Shown one piece after another: positions 1-9,039 of a stretch of DNA of 64,000 nucleotides. A program made the translations under genes and the position numbers. Where the stretch lies: the NCBI GenBank assembly GCA_963675295.2, contig CAXXKJ010000002.1, forward strand, positions 3,168,001-3,232,000, read 5' to 3'. The notes beneath the pieces are model-generated. The model was not told the origin of the DNA. It did not search any database and worked only from the letters and a program-made list of their open reading frames with translations. The stretch comes from a bacterium. Its GTDB lineage: Bacteria > Electryoneota > Electryoneia > Electryoneales > Electryoneaceae. Each line of letters opens with the position of its first letter. Position 1 is the first letter of the stretch.

Positions 1-2
1 TT

Positions 3-473
3 GTTCTGCTCTCCCTGTCCACGGGTGCCCGAAAGATGGAGATTTGGGGACTTACGTGGGATCAGATCGACTTTGCCCGGGAAGTGATCGTATTGCACGA
101 GACGAAGAACCAGGAACGCCGGGTTCTGCCGTTGAAAGGCAAGGCTCTGGACTTGATCCGTGAACGTTCCATGGTACGCCGGTTGGATACCAGATTGATT
201 TTCCCGAGCACGTCGAACGCAAACAAGCCGATGGATTTTCGCAGTGCATGGGAAACGGCTCTCAAGCACGCGGAGATTGAAGATTTCCGCTGGCACGACC
301 TCCGGCACTCGGCAGCGTCCTATCTTGCAATGTCGGGCGCTACTTCGGCAGAAATTGCAGCTGTGCTGGGGCACAAGACACTGTCCATGGTGAAACGGTA
401 TTCCCATCTCAGCGAGGCTCACACGGCTTTGGTTGTCGAACGGATGAATAAGCTCTTTGTGGAGGGAGCATGA
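3..473 (+). CDS. int: Tyrosine recombinase/integrase, C-terminal part (5' end outside window)
   Basis: The frame is open from position 3 (VLLSLSTGARKMEI). Catalytic motifs are TGAR, HDLRH, LGHK and RYSH. Confidence 0.95.
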   Translation, partial: VLLSLSTGARKMEIWGLTWDQIDFAREVIVLHETKNQERRVLPLKGKALDLIRERSMVRRLDTRLIFPSTSNANKPMDFRSAWETALKHAEIEDFRWHDLRHSAASYLAMSGATSAEIAAVLGHKTLSMVKRYSHLSEAHTALVVERMNKLFVEGA

Positions 474-1297
474 AGAATGCACGCAGTGCATCCGTCATGA
501 TGAAAATGCCGGACGGGCACGTGTCAAAGGGATATAATGGTGGCGAAATATTTGGTACTGTACGTTGGGTTGAGCCCAATGCACACGAAAAAGGGTATGA
601 AGAGGAACGAGGCAAACTTGCCGCAGGGCGAATTTTTGGAACTGTAGGATGGTCACCTGAACAAGAACGTAAATGGATACCTTTAAAACAGCCTGTATCA
701 CTTGCGCATCAAGATCCAAAGGGAATAAATCCAGAGGCTTGGTATACTCACGATGAAAGCATTGTTCCTGATAATTTTAGACCATATGAACAGGGATACG
801 ATAATTCTGATGCATTTACAGAGTTTTTAAATCGTGCTAAATCCAACGACAGCGAATCAGCGGCAAGAATGCTAACAACATTTTTCTTGTATTTGAATGA
901 TCCCCATATAATGCCTCCGATAATGCGTCAATTCCTTAGAGAGCTTCTATTTTTGCTGAGTCAGGGTGTTGATGTGCGCAAATTGATAGGCATTAAAAAA
1001 GGAAGTGGCAGAAAACGGAGAAATACTGACGAAGAAATACAAATTGCTGTTCGAGTAGAGGATTTGATACTTAAAGGTAATTCGCAAATAGGCGCTTGTA
1101 GGAAACTGATAGAGGAAGATCCCAATCTGACGGCTAAATATGAAACACAAAAAGGCCGCAAGGATGAGCCAGCAGCAGGAATTCGTAGGATACACAACCG
1201 CTACAGGAATGAGATTCGTGCCAAACGTGCACTTCCGGTTTCACCCGGTCACGGAATCATGTTGGGCAACATCATGGTGAAGATGGGTCCACCCTAA
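470..1297 (+). CDS. Hypothetical protein (AT-richer; basic C-terminal half may bind DNA)
   Basis: 275-aa ORF with ATGA overlap on the integrase stop and a GGAGG RBS. No family recognised. Confidence 0.65.
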   Translation: MKNARSASVMMKMPDGHVSKGYNGGEIFGTVRWVEPNAHEKGYEEERGKLAAGRIFGTVGWSPEQERKWIPLKQPVSLAHQDPKGINPEAWYTHDESIVPDNFRPYEQGYDNSDAFTEFLNRAKSNDSESAARMLTTFFLYLNDPHIMPPIMRQFLRELLFLLSQGVDVRKLIGIKKGSGRKRRNTDEEIQIAVRVEDLILKGNSQIGACRKLIEEDPNLTAKYETQKGRKDEPAAGIRRIHNRYRNEIRAKRALPVSPGHGIMLGNIMVKMGPP

Positions 1298-1326
1298 GAG
1301 GATTTACTTCAGCTAGCTATCCGATC

Positions 1327-1358
1327 AACGGCCTCGAACTTTTTGAGGCCGTTTTTTT
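1327..1358 (+). terminator. Intrinsic terminator
   Basis: AACGGCCTC-gaacttttt-GAGGCCGTT followed by a T-run. Confidence 0.75.
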
Positions 1359-1437
1359 ATTCACAGAACTCACAGCTACTTCCGGGAAAACACAGGCAAA
1401 AAGCTTGCTGTTCAATCACCTACAACCGGAGGAAGTG

Positions 1438-1650
1438 GTGCATTCCCAAAGCGAAACTCGACGTTTGTACACCATCCGTGAAGCCGTTGAAGCTGGCTGG
1501 TGGCCCTCAGAATCCGGCTTACGCTGGCTCGTTTTCCGCAGTGCCCAAAACGGTCTCGGTCCTGTCATTCGCCGGATCAACGGCAGAGTGCTGTTAGACG
1601 AGAGCGAATGGTGGCGATGGGTGGATCAACACGCCGAAGCACGTTCCTGA
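1438..1650 (+). CDS. Excisionase/AlpA-like small DNA-binding protein
   Basis: GGAGGA RBS then GTG. Sequence LYTIREAV...SESGLRWLVF...IRRINGRVLLDESEWWRWV resembles a MerR-like wHTH Xis. Lies between int and primase. Confidence 0.7.
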   Translation: MHSQSETRRLYTIREAVEAGWWPSESGLRWLVFRSAQNGLGPVIRRINGRVLLDESEWWRWVDQHAEARS

Positions 1651-1784
1651 CTGACTACCTGCCGGAGAATCGCGTTCTACGTAAAAACCATGCCTGTACA
1701 GGCGGGTTTTCCGAACGATCTCCCGGAATTGGCAGGCAGGGACGTTTGTCCCCTTGTGATGAAAAAACGTGCTGAGGAAGCCCG

Positions 1785-2075
1785 ATGAATTCAACGAACA
1801 CAAAACGCCGGTCTGCCCGGTTAAAAGCACAACACGGAATCCTCTCGCCCCTGAAAGCGATCCGGGCGAATTGTCTGGATTGCATGGGCGGGAGTCCAAA
1901 GGCTGTCGCCGAATGCAACATTCCCGGCTGTCACTGTTGGCCCTATCGGTTCGGACGTAACCCGCAAGCGAACGATCTCCGCGCCCCTGTGTTCAACCGT
2001 AAGGGTGAGCTGGTAGGCTGGCAGGAGTGGCAAGGGTACGGTGAGCCCATGCGTTGCGAGCAGACGGAAGACTGA
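1785..2075 (+). CDS. Small Cys-rich hypothetical protein (putative Zn-binding)
   Basis: KAIRANCLDC...EC...GCHCWPYRFG motif with a GAGGA RBS upstream. Confidence 0.65.
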   Translation: MNSTNTKRRSARLKAQHGILSPLKAIRANCLDCMGGSPKAVAECNIPGCHCWPYRFGRNPQANDLRAPVFNRKGELVGWQEWQGYGEPMRCEQTED

Positions 2076-3529
2076 GGCCGGTGCCTGCCGCAACCGACAA
2101 GGTGAGGCTGTCCCCTGTATCCAGCAACGGAACACAGTCAAACCCGAACCAGCCGGGGAAATGGGATCGTGTCCCCTCTCCCCTGCCGGAGTATCGCCAG
2201 TGGGTTGTATGGCAGGCAGAAGCCCGGGGAGACCGTACTGCCAAAGTGCCGATTGATCCGGTGACCGGCAAAAGGCTAGCGGACTGGCAGCACCCGAACC
2301 AGCACCTCAGTTTTTCGGAAGCTGTCCAGTATCACGCCGAGGGAATCGGGGACGGTATCGGATTCGTTTGCACCGGCACCGATGGACTTGTCTGGCTGGA
2401 CATTGACAAAGCCATTAACGAAGATGGGGAGCTTGCTGACGCTGTCTATGCCATGCTCCGGCAATTGGATGCACCCGGTGAACTATCGCTATCAGGTCAA
2501 GGCTATCACGTCCCCGTGTACGCCCCGAACGTTGCGCAAGCGATCCAAGCACAAGGTACAGGGAAACTCTTACTGGACGGCAAGCAACACGGGTTCGGCG
2601 GTCTCGAAGTATTCGTCACCAATTGCTTTATCGCGAATACCGGCGATTTCAGGAACCCGCAGCTCACCAAGGTTCCGAATCGGGATCAGGTATTAGACAG
2701 ACTGTTGCGCGAGATGTGGCCCGATAAGTGGCCTCCAGCGACAAGACAGGAAAGCTCCCCAGCCACATACACAAGCGGGACCGTTACAAAGAGCTCCCGT
2801 CCTGCGGCCCCGCTGTCGGAAGCCGATTCCATCATGCTGCAACGAATGCTATCCCAGAGGGACCGAGGGAAGTTTCGTAAGCTGTTTGGCAAGATAGACG
2901 CCCCTCCGCTCCCTATAAGCAACACACTCGGTTATGATACCCGATCTCACACAGATATGGCGCTGGCTTGCAAGGTTGCGTTTCGCTGTTTCGGCAAGAA
3001 CGGACGTGGGATTGACCAGGCTCGCCGGATCATGTGGGCCTCCCAGCTTAGACGGGACAAATGGAACGAGCGCCGGGGGACCACAACCTATCTTGATCTT
3101 ACGATTGCAGGGGCGCTCGAATTTGTTATGGCAAACGGTGGAGTCTGGAACGGCAACCCGAACAAGCGAGCGTACAAGTACAAACAACCGCCCGCAGCTC
3201 TGGTGCCACCAGTTCCCCGAGATCGGCTCGAAAAGGACACACTTTCTGAATCAAAGCTAATTGATCTCGATTTGAATGCAGCAGAACGTGCCACATACTA
3301 CGCTCTACGAGACCAGAATCGCGGAGATTCGTTTTGCCACCCTTCACAATCGTTCCTTGCCAAGAAACTCGGGATCACCGTCCGATCCGTTCGTAGCCAC
3401 ATCCGCTCGCTCGAAAAGGGGGGGATACTGATTTCCGAGCCGTGGCAGCGCCGCGACGGCAAGCGAAGCAAAGTGAACATGTATTGGTTCCTGAAGATAC
3501 CGGAAAATCTTTCCGGTGAACGCGAGTAA
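2054..3529 (+). CDS. Primase-polymerase (AEP, NrS-1-like N-terminus and helical bundle) fused to a C-terminal winged HTH; no helicase domain
   Basis: QWVVW...KVPIDPVTG, GIGF, WLDID, SLSGQGYH (AEP motifs); SHTDMALA...RRDKW (helical bundle); CHPSQSFLAKKLGITVRSVRSHIRSLEKGG (HTH_36-like). Start uncertain. Confidence 0.8.
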   Translation: MRADGRLRPVPAATDKVRLSPVSSNGTQSNPNQPGKWDRVPSPLPEYRQWVVWQAEARGDRTAKVPIDPVTGKRLADWQHPNQHLSFSEAVQYHAEGIGDGIGFVCTGTDGLVWLDIDKAINEDGELADAVYAMLRQLDAPGELSLSGQGYHVPVYAPNVAQAIQAQGTGKLLLDGKQHGFGGLEVFVTNCFIANTGDFRNPQLTKVPNRDQVLDRLLREMWPDKWPPATRQESSPATYTSGTVTKSSRPAAPLSEADSIMLQRMLSQRDRGKFRKLFGKIDAPPLPISNTLGYDTRSHTDMALACKVAFRCFGKNGRGIDQARRIMWASQLRRDKWNERRGTTTYLDLTIAGALEFVMANGGVWNGNPNKRAYKYKQPPAALVPPVPRDRLEKDTLSESKLIDLDLNAAERATYYALRDQNRGDSFCHPSQSFLAKKLGITVRSVRSHIRSLEKGGILISEPWQRRDGKRSKVNMYWFLKIPENLSGERE

Positions 3530-3775
3530 ACAGAACGCGCTTTTGTTAACAATGGCGCGGGTTTCAGCGTTTGAGGGTAGAATCTGGTAGGGTCACTCTA
3601 CGATACACAGGAAAAGAGGAGAAGGTGTACCCTACCACATTAAACAGCTGTCAGTGTAACACCTGTGATGTCTTCGAGTTAGACGGCGAATTTAGACGGT
3701 TTCACCGGAAAAGTGAGGGACATTATTCCGCTGGTGAAACAGTAGCAAACCGTAACATTCAGGAGGGATAATCGT

Positions 3776-4120
3776 ATGTCGTGGCCAAGACGAAGACGGC
3801 GAAGAAAAATGAGAGCGTTTTCCCTGTGTCGCCGGATGGACTTTCAGACACCGGCAGCGGCCATGCACTCGCCGTTGCTGAGGTGCATGTGGGAGATTCG
3901 ACGTGAACTTGAGGAGAACGGATTGCTCTACCGTGCGGAACTGGTGGCCTACCTGAGCCAGCCGTCCAGAAATGACAGCAGCGACGGCGAAACATACCAC
4001 CCTGCACGGATCTACCAGGCACTAAAAGTGCTGGAAGCTGGTGGCGAGGTAACACTCTGGCGATCATCCGATCCATACCGAACGCTTATCATGCACGTAC
4101 GCCCACCTTGGACCCGCTGA
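3776..4120 (+). CDS. Hypothetical protein, possible wHTH
   Basis: 114-aa ORF with AGGAGG RBS and RIYQALKVLEAGGEV; start uncertain. Confidence 0.5.
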   Translation: MSWPRRRRRRKMRAFSLCRRMDFQTPAAAMHSPLLRCMWEIRRELEENGLLYRAELVAYLSQPSRNDSSDGETYHPARIYQALKVLEAGGEVTLWRSSDPYRTLIMHVRPPWTR

Positions 4121-4355
4121 ATTAGGTCACCTTGTATTTTCGCCATTTTATACCGTAACCTGTTGGTATTCAGAGGGTATCAATTTCCCATATACTGCGC
4201 ATTTGCAGGAAACCGCACGTTGACTACCCACCTCTGAGAGCAAAAGCAAACCCCAGCGATAAACAGCGTTGGGGTTTTCGTGAATCTGCGTACAATAACC
4301 CTTACTTTGTGAACCAACTAGCATTGTTCAGATACCCGATCTGGAGGACGGGACG

Positions 4356-6440
4356 ATGAAGATACAGTTATCAGTGTTAGCCCTAATGTTGCTCCCATTT
4401 GTGACCTTAGGCCAGATAAGCTGGGATATCCACTACATTTCGCCAGATCATGACGGAGCATCATTCGTTTCAGCGACTGATCTGGATCAAGATGGTGATA
4501 TGGATTTATTAGGTACCGCATCAACTGATAATGATCTTATCTGGTGGGAAAATGTATACGGTGATGGTAATACTTGGAATGAACGTACAATAGACTATGA
4601 TATACTATCACCTTTTTGTGCTTTAGCCACTGATCTTGATCTTGATGGTGATTTAGATATTTTAGCGGCCTCAAGTGGTGACAATAGAGTTATATTTTAT
4701 AAAAATCTAACGGGAAACGCTTTAGATTGGGAACTAAACTATATTTCAGATTCTTGGTCAGGCGCTCTCATTATAGACTTTGGAGATTTTGACCAAGATG
4801 GTGACACGGATGTGGTTGCAGCAGCAGAAGTAAATGGTTCCGGAATAAATTGGTGGGAAAACCAGAATCAAGGAACAACTTGGTTAGATAATGACCTTAC
4901 TGATAGTGCTGCAAGATCTGTACACGTTGCCGATGTTTCTGGAGATGGTGTTCCTGATATAATCGGCGGCATTAATGGAGACTTGAAAGTTTTTAAAAAC
5001 CTTAATGGAGGACAAAGTTGGTGGATTGTTGGAATTTCCGACTTTGCTCATCCTATTGACATTACCAGCGGTGACTTTGACAATGATAGTGACTTGGATT
5101 TTTGCGTTGCTGGAGGGGACGAAGTTCTGCTGTATGAAAACAGTGGTGACGGCGTAAGCTGGATAGAACATGCCATTTCCTCGAATTTTTCAGGTGCACA
5201 TAGTGTCTACGCTGTTGATGTTGACTGCGATGGTGATCTCGACTTGGTGGGTGCTGCCTCAACAGCGGGAAAAATCGTCTGGTGGGAAAACACTCAGGGA
5301 TTGAGTCTCTGGCTTGAACATACGATCTCGGATTCATTCCCTGGGGCATACAACGTTTGTGCATCAGACATTAACGGTGACGGGTTGCCCGATGTTTCAT
5401 GTGCCGGGAATGGACAATTTGTCTGGTGGGAGCAGCTTGCGCCACCTTACACAGAACTTCAGCTTGCTTCCCCGAACGGGGGTGAAGCATGGCGTCAGAA
5501 CACCGTACACGACATTCAGTGGGAATCTAGCTCGGACCAAGATGTGGTAATCGAGCTTCTGCTTGGCCCAACAGTCGAACGCGTCATCTCCGGCGGTACG
5601 GACAACGACGGTGTGTTTGAGTGGACGATCCCGGATGACGCGACGCCGGGCGATAACTACCGTATCCGAGTCATCCTGGCAGACGGTTCGGAGCAGGACG
5701 TCAGCGACGCAGCGTTTGCAATTACAGCACTGCCAACCTTGTCTATAGAGCCCATCCTCCCCCCGATCATCATTCCCGCGTCAGGTTACGGCTTCTGGTA
5801 TTGGCTTGAGATCGGCAACCCTTCACCGTTTGAGGGCACCGGTCAGTATTGGTCTGAGGTTGTTCTACCTAGTGGCAACACATTCGGTCCGTTGTCTGTC
5901 AACCTACTCACCATCGAAGCCTTTGGCTCCTACGTCCCCGATGAACCACTAGCGCAATGGATACCGGGATACGCCCCTGCTGGTACGTACCAGTACGTGA
6001 TGCACGTGGGCATTTACCCGAACATGATAGTCGCCACAGACAGCTTCGAGTTCGAAAAGCTCGCCGGTTCGAGTGTGGCCTCCCTGCCGGAGTCTGCATG
6101 GAAGGTTGAAGACTGGCAGAATTCCGCATGGGAACAGGCAAGCGCGGCGGTCACAGGCACGGAGTCCCTCCCAACTGCTTTCAGCGTCTCCCCTGCGTAC
6201 CCGAATCCCTTCAACGCAAGTACCTCGCTCACGGTGTCGCTACCCGAACCGGCAGAACTGACGGTTACCGTCTATGACGTGCTCGGGCGGGAAGTGGCTA
6301 CTCTGGCACATTGTCAACACTCCGCCGGGGAACACCGTCTGACGTTCGGCGCCTCGAATCTTGCCAGCGGTTTATACTTCATCCGTGCTACCGTACCCGG
6401 ACATCTCGACCAGGTGCAGAAGGTGATGCTGGTTAGGTGA
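4356..6440 (+). CDS. Secreted FG-GAP/VCBS repeat protein with Ig-like domains and T9SS-type CTD
   Basis: Signal peptide; repeated DxDxDGDxD...WWEN units; SPNGGE domain; AYPNPFN...QKVMLVR. Confidence 0.9.
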   Translation: MKIQLSVLALMLLPFVTLGQISWDIHYISPDHDGASFVSATDLDQDGDMDLLGTASTDNDLIWWENVYGDGNTWNERTIDYDILSPFCALATDLDLDGDLDILAASSGDNRVIFYKNLTGNALDWELNYISDSWSGALIIDFGDFDQDGDTDVVAAAEVNGSGINWWENQNQGTTWLDNDLTDSAARSVHVADVSGDGVPDIIGGINGDLKVFKNLNGGQSWWIVGISDFAHPIDITSGDFDNDSDLDFCVAGGDEVLLYENSGDGVSWIEHAISSNFSGAHSVYAVDVDCDGDLDLVGAASTAGKIVWWENTQGLSLWLEHTISDSFPGAYNVCASDINGDGLPDVSCAGNGQFVWWEQLAPPYTELQLASPNGGEAWRQNTVHDIQWESSSDQDVVIELLLGPTVERVISGGTDNDGVFEWTIPDDATPGDNYRIRVILADGSEQDVSDAAFAITALPTLSIEPILPPIIIPASGYGFWYWLEIGNPSPFEGTGQYWSEVVLPSGNTFGPLSVNLLTIEAFGSYVPDEPLAQWIPGYAPAGTYQYVMHVGIYPNMIVATDSFEFEKLAGSSVASLPESAWKVEDWQNSAWEQASAAVTGTESLPTAFSVSPAYPNPFNASTSLTVSLPEPAELTVTVYDVLGREVATLAHCQHSAGEHRLTFGASNLASGLYFIRATVPGHLDQVQKVMLVR

Positions 6441-6445
6441 TCTTG

Positions 6446-6581
6446 TGGGGCACTCGTGGGGCAGTGTCCCCAAGAATTCCCCGTAAATCTCAATAACAAC
6501 AGGCAGGAAAGAACCGGCTATCTATCAATTATTCCTACTGTTACCGCTTGTGATTTGTTGTGTATTTTGCACTGGATTGGA
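6446..6581 (+). repeat. Conserved att arm, copy 1
   Basis: TGGGGCAC/TGGGGCAG 11 bp apart, then TGTCCCCAAGAA..CCCCGTAAAT..AATAACAA..GGCAGGA..GGCTATCT..CAATTATTCCTA. Homologous to 27584 and 40851. Confidence 0.9.
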
Positions 6582-6623
6582 CTGGGGGTCAGGGGGTCGC
6601 TGGTTCAAATCCAGTCGCTCCGA
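6580..6623 (+). tRNA. 3' half only of tRNA-Pro(GGG) (attR fragment, not a functional gene)
   Basis: Loop CTGGGGG, TCAGG, GGGTC, T-arm GCTGG-TTCAAAT-CCAGT, acceptor strand CGCTCCG-A. No D-arm or 5' acceptor strand upstream. Confidence 0.9.
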
Positions 6624-6634
6624 CACTGGAACTA

Positions 6635-6665
6635 AAGGGGTTAGGTTCTGCCTGATCCTTTTTTC
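6635..6665 (+). terminator. Terminator after tRNA-Pro fragment
   Basis: AAGGGGTTAGG-ttctg-CCTGATCCTT followed by a T-run. Confidence 0.6.
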
Positions 6666-6774
6666 TATATCCCATCGAACACTTGTGATAAACATCACTG
6701 AGCCCCTTGAGGAGAGTAACCCAACGTGATGTGTTTCCGCCGTACCTTATTTTCGTGCCCGTTCCGGGGGAGGT

Positions 6775-9039
6775 ATGAGCGGTACAACATACCGTGCGCA
6801 GGCCCGTCGTCATACGTGGCGAATTGTCCCCCACCTTGCCTGTGCGCTGATCCTGCCAGCCTGCGTCGTCTTTGCCACGAACGTGAGTACGGCGGACTCT
6901 ATCCGTATCGGCGTGCTCGCGCCATACGGCAAAACGGTTTGCGTCAACCAGTGGCAGGCGACCGCGGAATGTCTGGACGCATCCATCCCTGGTACATCCT
7001 TCGAGATTGTTCCCCTCAACTACGATGAAGCTGTGGATCCGGCAATTTTGCCCGACCTTTCCTTCATGATCGTCAATCCCGCGATGTATGTGCTGCTGGA
7101 AAGGAAACACGGCGCGTCACGTATCGCCACACGCAAGACCAATGTCGCCGGGGCAGCGGTAACCACGTTCGGCGGGGTGCTACTCTGCCGGTCTGGTGAA
7201 CACGCGGTCACACTTCCCCGCGACCTCGCCGGCAAACGCATCGCGGCAGTGCATCAGGACGCCCTCGGTGGTTGGCTTGCGGTTTGGCGCGACCTGCTCG
7301 CGATGGGATTCGACCCGTTGAAGGACGCCCGCGAGGTACAGTGGCTGCAGACCAACGACGCCGTGCTCGCGGCGGTCGCCGATGGATCGGCGGACTTTGG
7401 CATTGTGCGCACCGGTGCGTTGGAACAGATGCAGGCGGCGGGGTCGTTCGATCCGGCGACGGTCACCGTGCTGCTGCTCGATCCGGCGGTCGGGGATCCA
7501 TCCGGCTTCCCGCTGTACCATTCGACGCGGTTGTACCCGGAGTGGCCGATGGTGCGGCTGGCGCACACCGATCTGCGCCTCGCGGAACAGGTCAGCGCGG
7601 CGTTGCTGCAGCTGCGTCCCGGCAGTCCAGCTTCACAGGCGGCTGGAATCGCCGGCTGGACCATCCCGTTAAACTACGAGGACGTGAATCAGGCGCTGCG
7701 TGAAACGCATACCGCACCGTATAACCACGAAAGCCGGATCACCGTCGCGGAGGTCATTCAGGAATACGGAACGATCCTGCTGCTGATTGTTGCGCTCCTG
7801 CTGGGCAGTGTCGTTGCGATCAGCGTGATCGTGGTCCTGAATGGCCGGTTGCAAAAGACCATCCTCCGCCTGAAATCCGAGAAGAAGGTTCGGGAACGTA
7901 CCGAAACTGCCCTCTCGTCCAGCGAAACCCGATTCCAGAGCATTGTCGAAAATGCCCATGAGGGCATCGCGGTGCTTGCCGGCGAACGTATCCTGCTGCA
8001 CAACGATGCGTTCCGTAACCTGTTCGGTGGGGAAGATGGTCCGGCCACTTTCCCCGACAACCTCATCGACCTGATCCATGAAGACGACCGCGAGGCGGTT
8101 CAAGCTGTGTTGGACCGGGCCTTTGATGGCCAGCTTCCCGAAACACCGTTGTATTTCCGCACGGATTCCGGCACTGAGATCGAGATGAGCTTGACCGGGA
8201 TGGAATATGATACCGGCTGGGCAGTACTCGGGATAGCCCGTGACATTACAGAAGCACGCGAGGTGGAACGTCGGCGTCAGGAAGCGATCCAGTTGACGCA
8301 GGACAGCGCCCGGCTGGCGTCAGTGGGAGTACTGTCGGCGGGGATCACGCACGAGATCAACCAGCCGTTGAGCGCGATCCAACTCAGCAGCGACAGCGTC
8401 GCGTTGTGGCGGGATCAGAATCCGGACACGTTGCCACCGTTCGTGTCGGAACTGGTTGACGAAATCTCGCAGGGCGCGGCGCGGATTGGTTCGATCATCG
8501 AACACATGCGCTCGTACTGGGTCCATTCCGCCCCGGCGGTAACGGATATCGTCGACCTAAACGAGGCCGTCAAACGTGCGCTGACCCTGCTCACGATGCA
8601 GATTCGCAATCACGAGATCCAGCTTGAATTGAATCTGTCCGGGACGTCATTGCCAGTTTCAGGCGAACAGGTGCAACTGGAGCAGATCTTCAGCAACCTC
8701 GTCGCCAACGCCATCCACGCACTGGATGAAGCCAACACCGATGACAAACGAATCCGTGTCTTCTCCGGACGTGACAGGGGGCGCTGCTTCGTCGAGATCA
8801 CCGATACCGGTCCCGGCTTGCCGACCACCGATATGGACCAGTTGTTTGATCCGTTCTATTCCACCCGTCAGCCGGGCAAGGGAATGGGATTAGGACTGGC
8901 AATTGTGAAGATGTTCGTTGAGCGTCACCGAGGTACGATTCAGGCGGTGCAGAACAAGGGTGGCGGGTCAACGTTCCGTGTCACCATTCCGCAGGCAACC
9001 GACAGCGAGAAAAGCGATGCGCATACTGTACGTGGATGA
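6775..9039 (+). CDS. Sensor histidine kinase with periplasmic PhnD-like binding domain and PAS (TtrS/ThsS-like)
   Basis: N-terminal substrate-binding domain with STRLYPEWP; TM; PAS; HEINQPL; DTGPG; GMGLGL. Confidence 0.9.
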   Translation: MSGTTYRAQARRHTWRIVPHLACALILPACVVFATNVSTADSIRIGVLAPYGKTVCVNQWQATAECLDASIPGTSFEIVPLNYDEAVDPAILPDLSFMIVNPAMYVLLERKHGASRIATRKTNVAGAAVTTFGGVLLCRSGEHAVTLPRDLAGKRIAAVHQDALGGWLAVWRDLLAMGFDPLKDAREVQWLQTNDAVLAAVADGSADFGIVRTGALEQMQAAGSFDPATVTVLLLDPAVGDPSGFPLYHSTRLYPEWPMVRLAHTDLRLAEQVSAALLQLRPGSPASQAAGIAGWTIPLNYEDVNQALRETHTAPYNHESRITVAEVIQEYGTILLLIVALLLGSVVAISVIVVLNGRLQKTILRLKSEKKVRERTETALSSSETRFQSIVENAHEGIAVLAGERILLHNDAFRNLFGGEDGPATFPDNLIDLIHEDDREAVQAVLDRAFDGQLPETPLYFRTDSGTEIEMSLTGMEYDTGWAVLGIARDITEAREVERRRQEAIQLTQDSARLASVGVLSAGITHEINQPLSAIQLSSDSVALWRDQNPDTLPPFVSELVDEISQGAARIGSIIEHMRSYWVHSAPAVTDIVDLNEAVKRALTLLTMQIRNHEIQLELNLSGTSLPVSGEQVQLEQIFSNLVANAIHALDEANTDDKRIRVFSGRDRGRCFVEITDTGPGLPTTDMDQLFDPFYSTRQPGKGMGLGLAIVKMFVERHRGTIQAVQNKGGGSTFRVTIPQATDSEKSDAHTVRG

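Larger units (their letters stand above)
1..6623 (+). mobile_element. Integrative, satellite-like element A; right end = tRNA-Pro attR, left end outside window
   Basis: int, Xis-like and PrimPol-HTH genes plus one cargo gene, ending in a conserved arm and the 3' half of tRNA-Pro. Confidence 0.8.

Noticed and set aside
6446-6623. Intact, permuted or split (trans-spliced) tRNA genes at the three tRNA-like sites
   Set aside because: No D-arm or 5' acceptor strand is nearby. The breaks fall at the anticodon loop as expected for attR, and an integrase is adjacent. A split-tRNA or ncRNA role cannot be excluded without RNA data but is less parsimonious.
1-6623. Complete prophage
   Set aside because: No structural, packaging or lysis genes lie between int and attR.
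6589-7110. Minus-strand ORF ending VGATGFEPATP (and 40970-41449 containing WVRIP)
   Set aside because: These are typical translations of tRNA sequence, not proteins.
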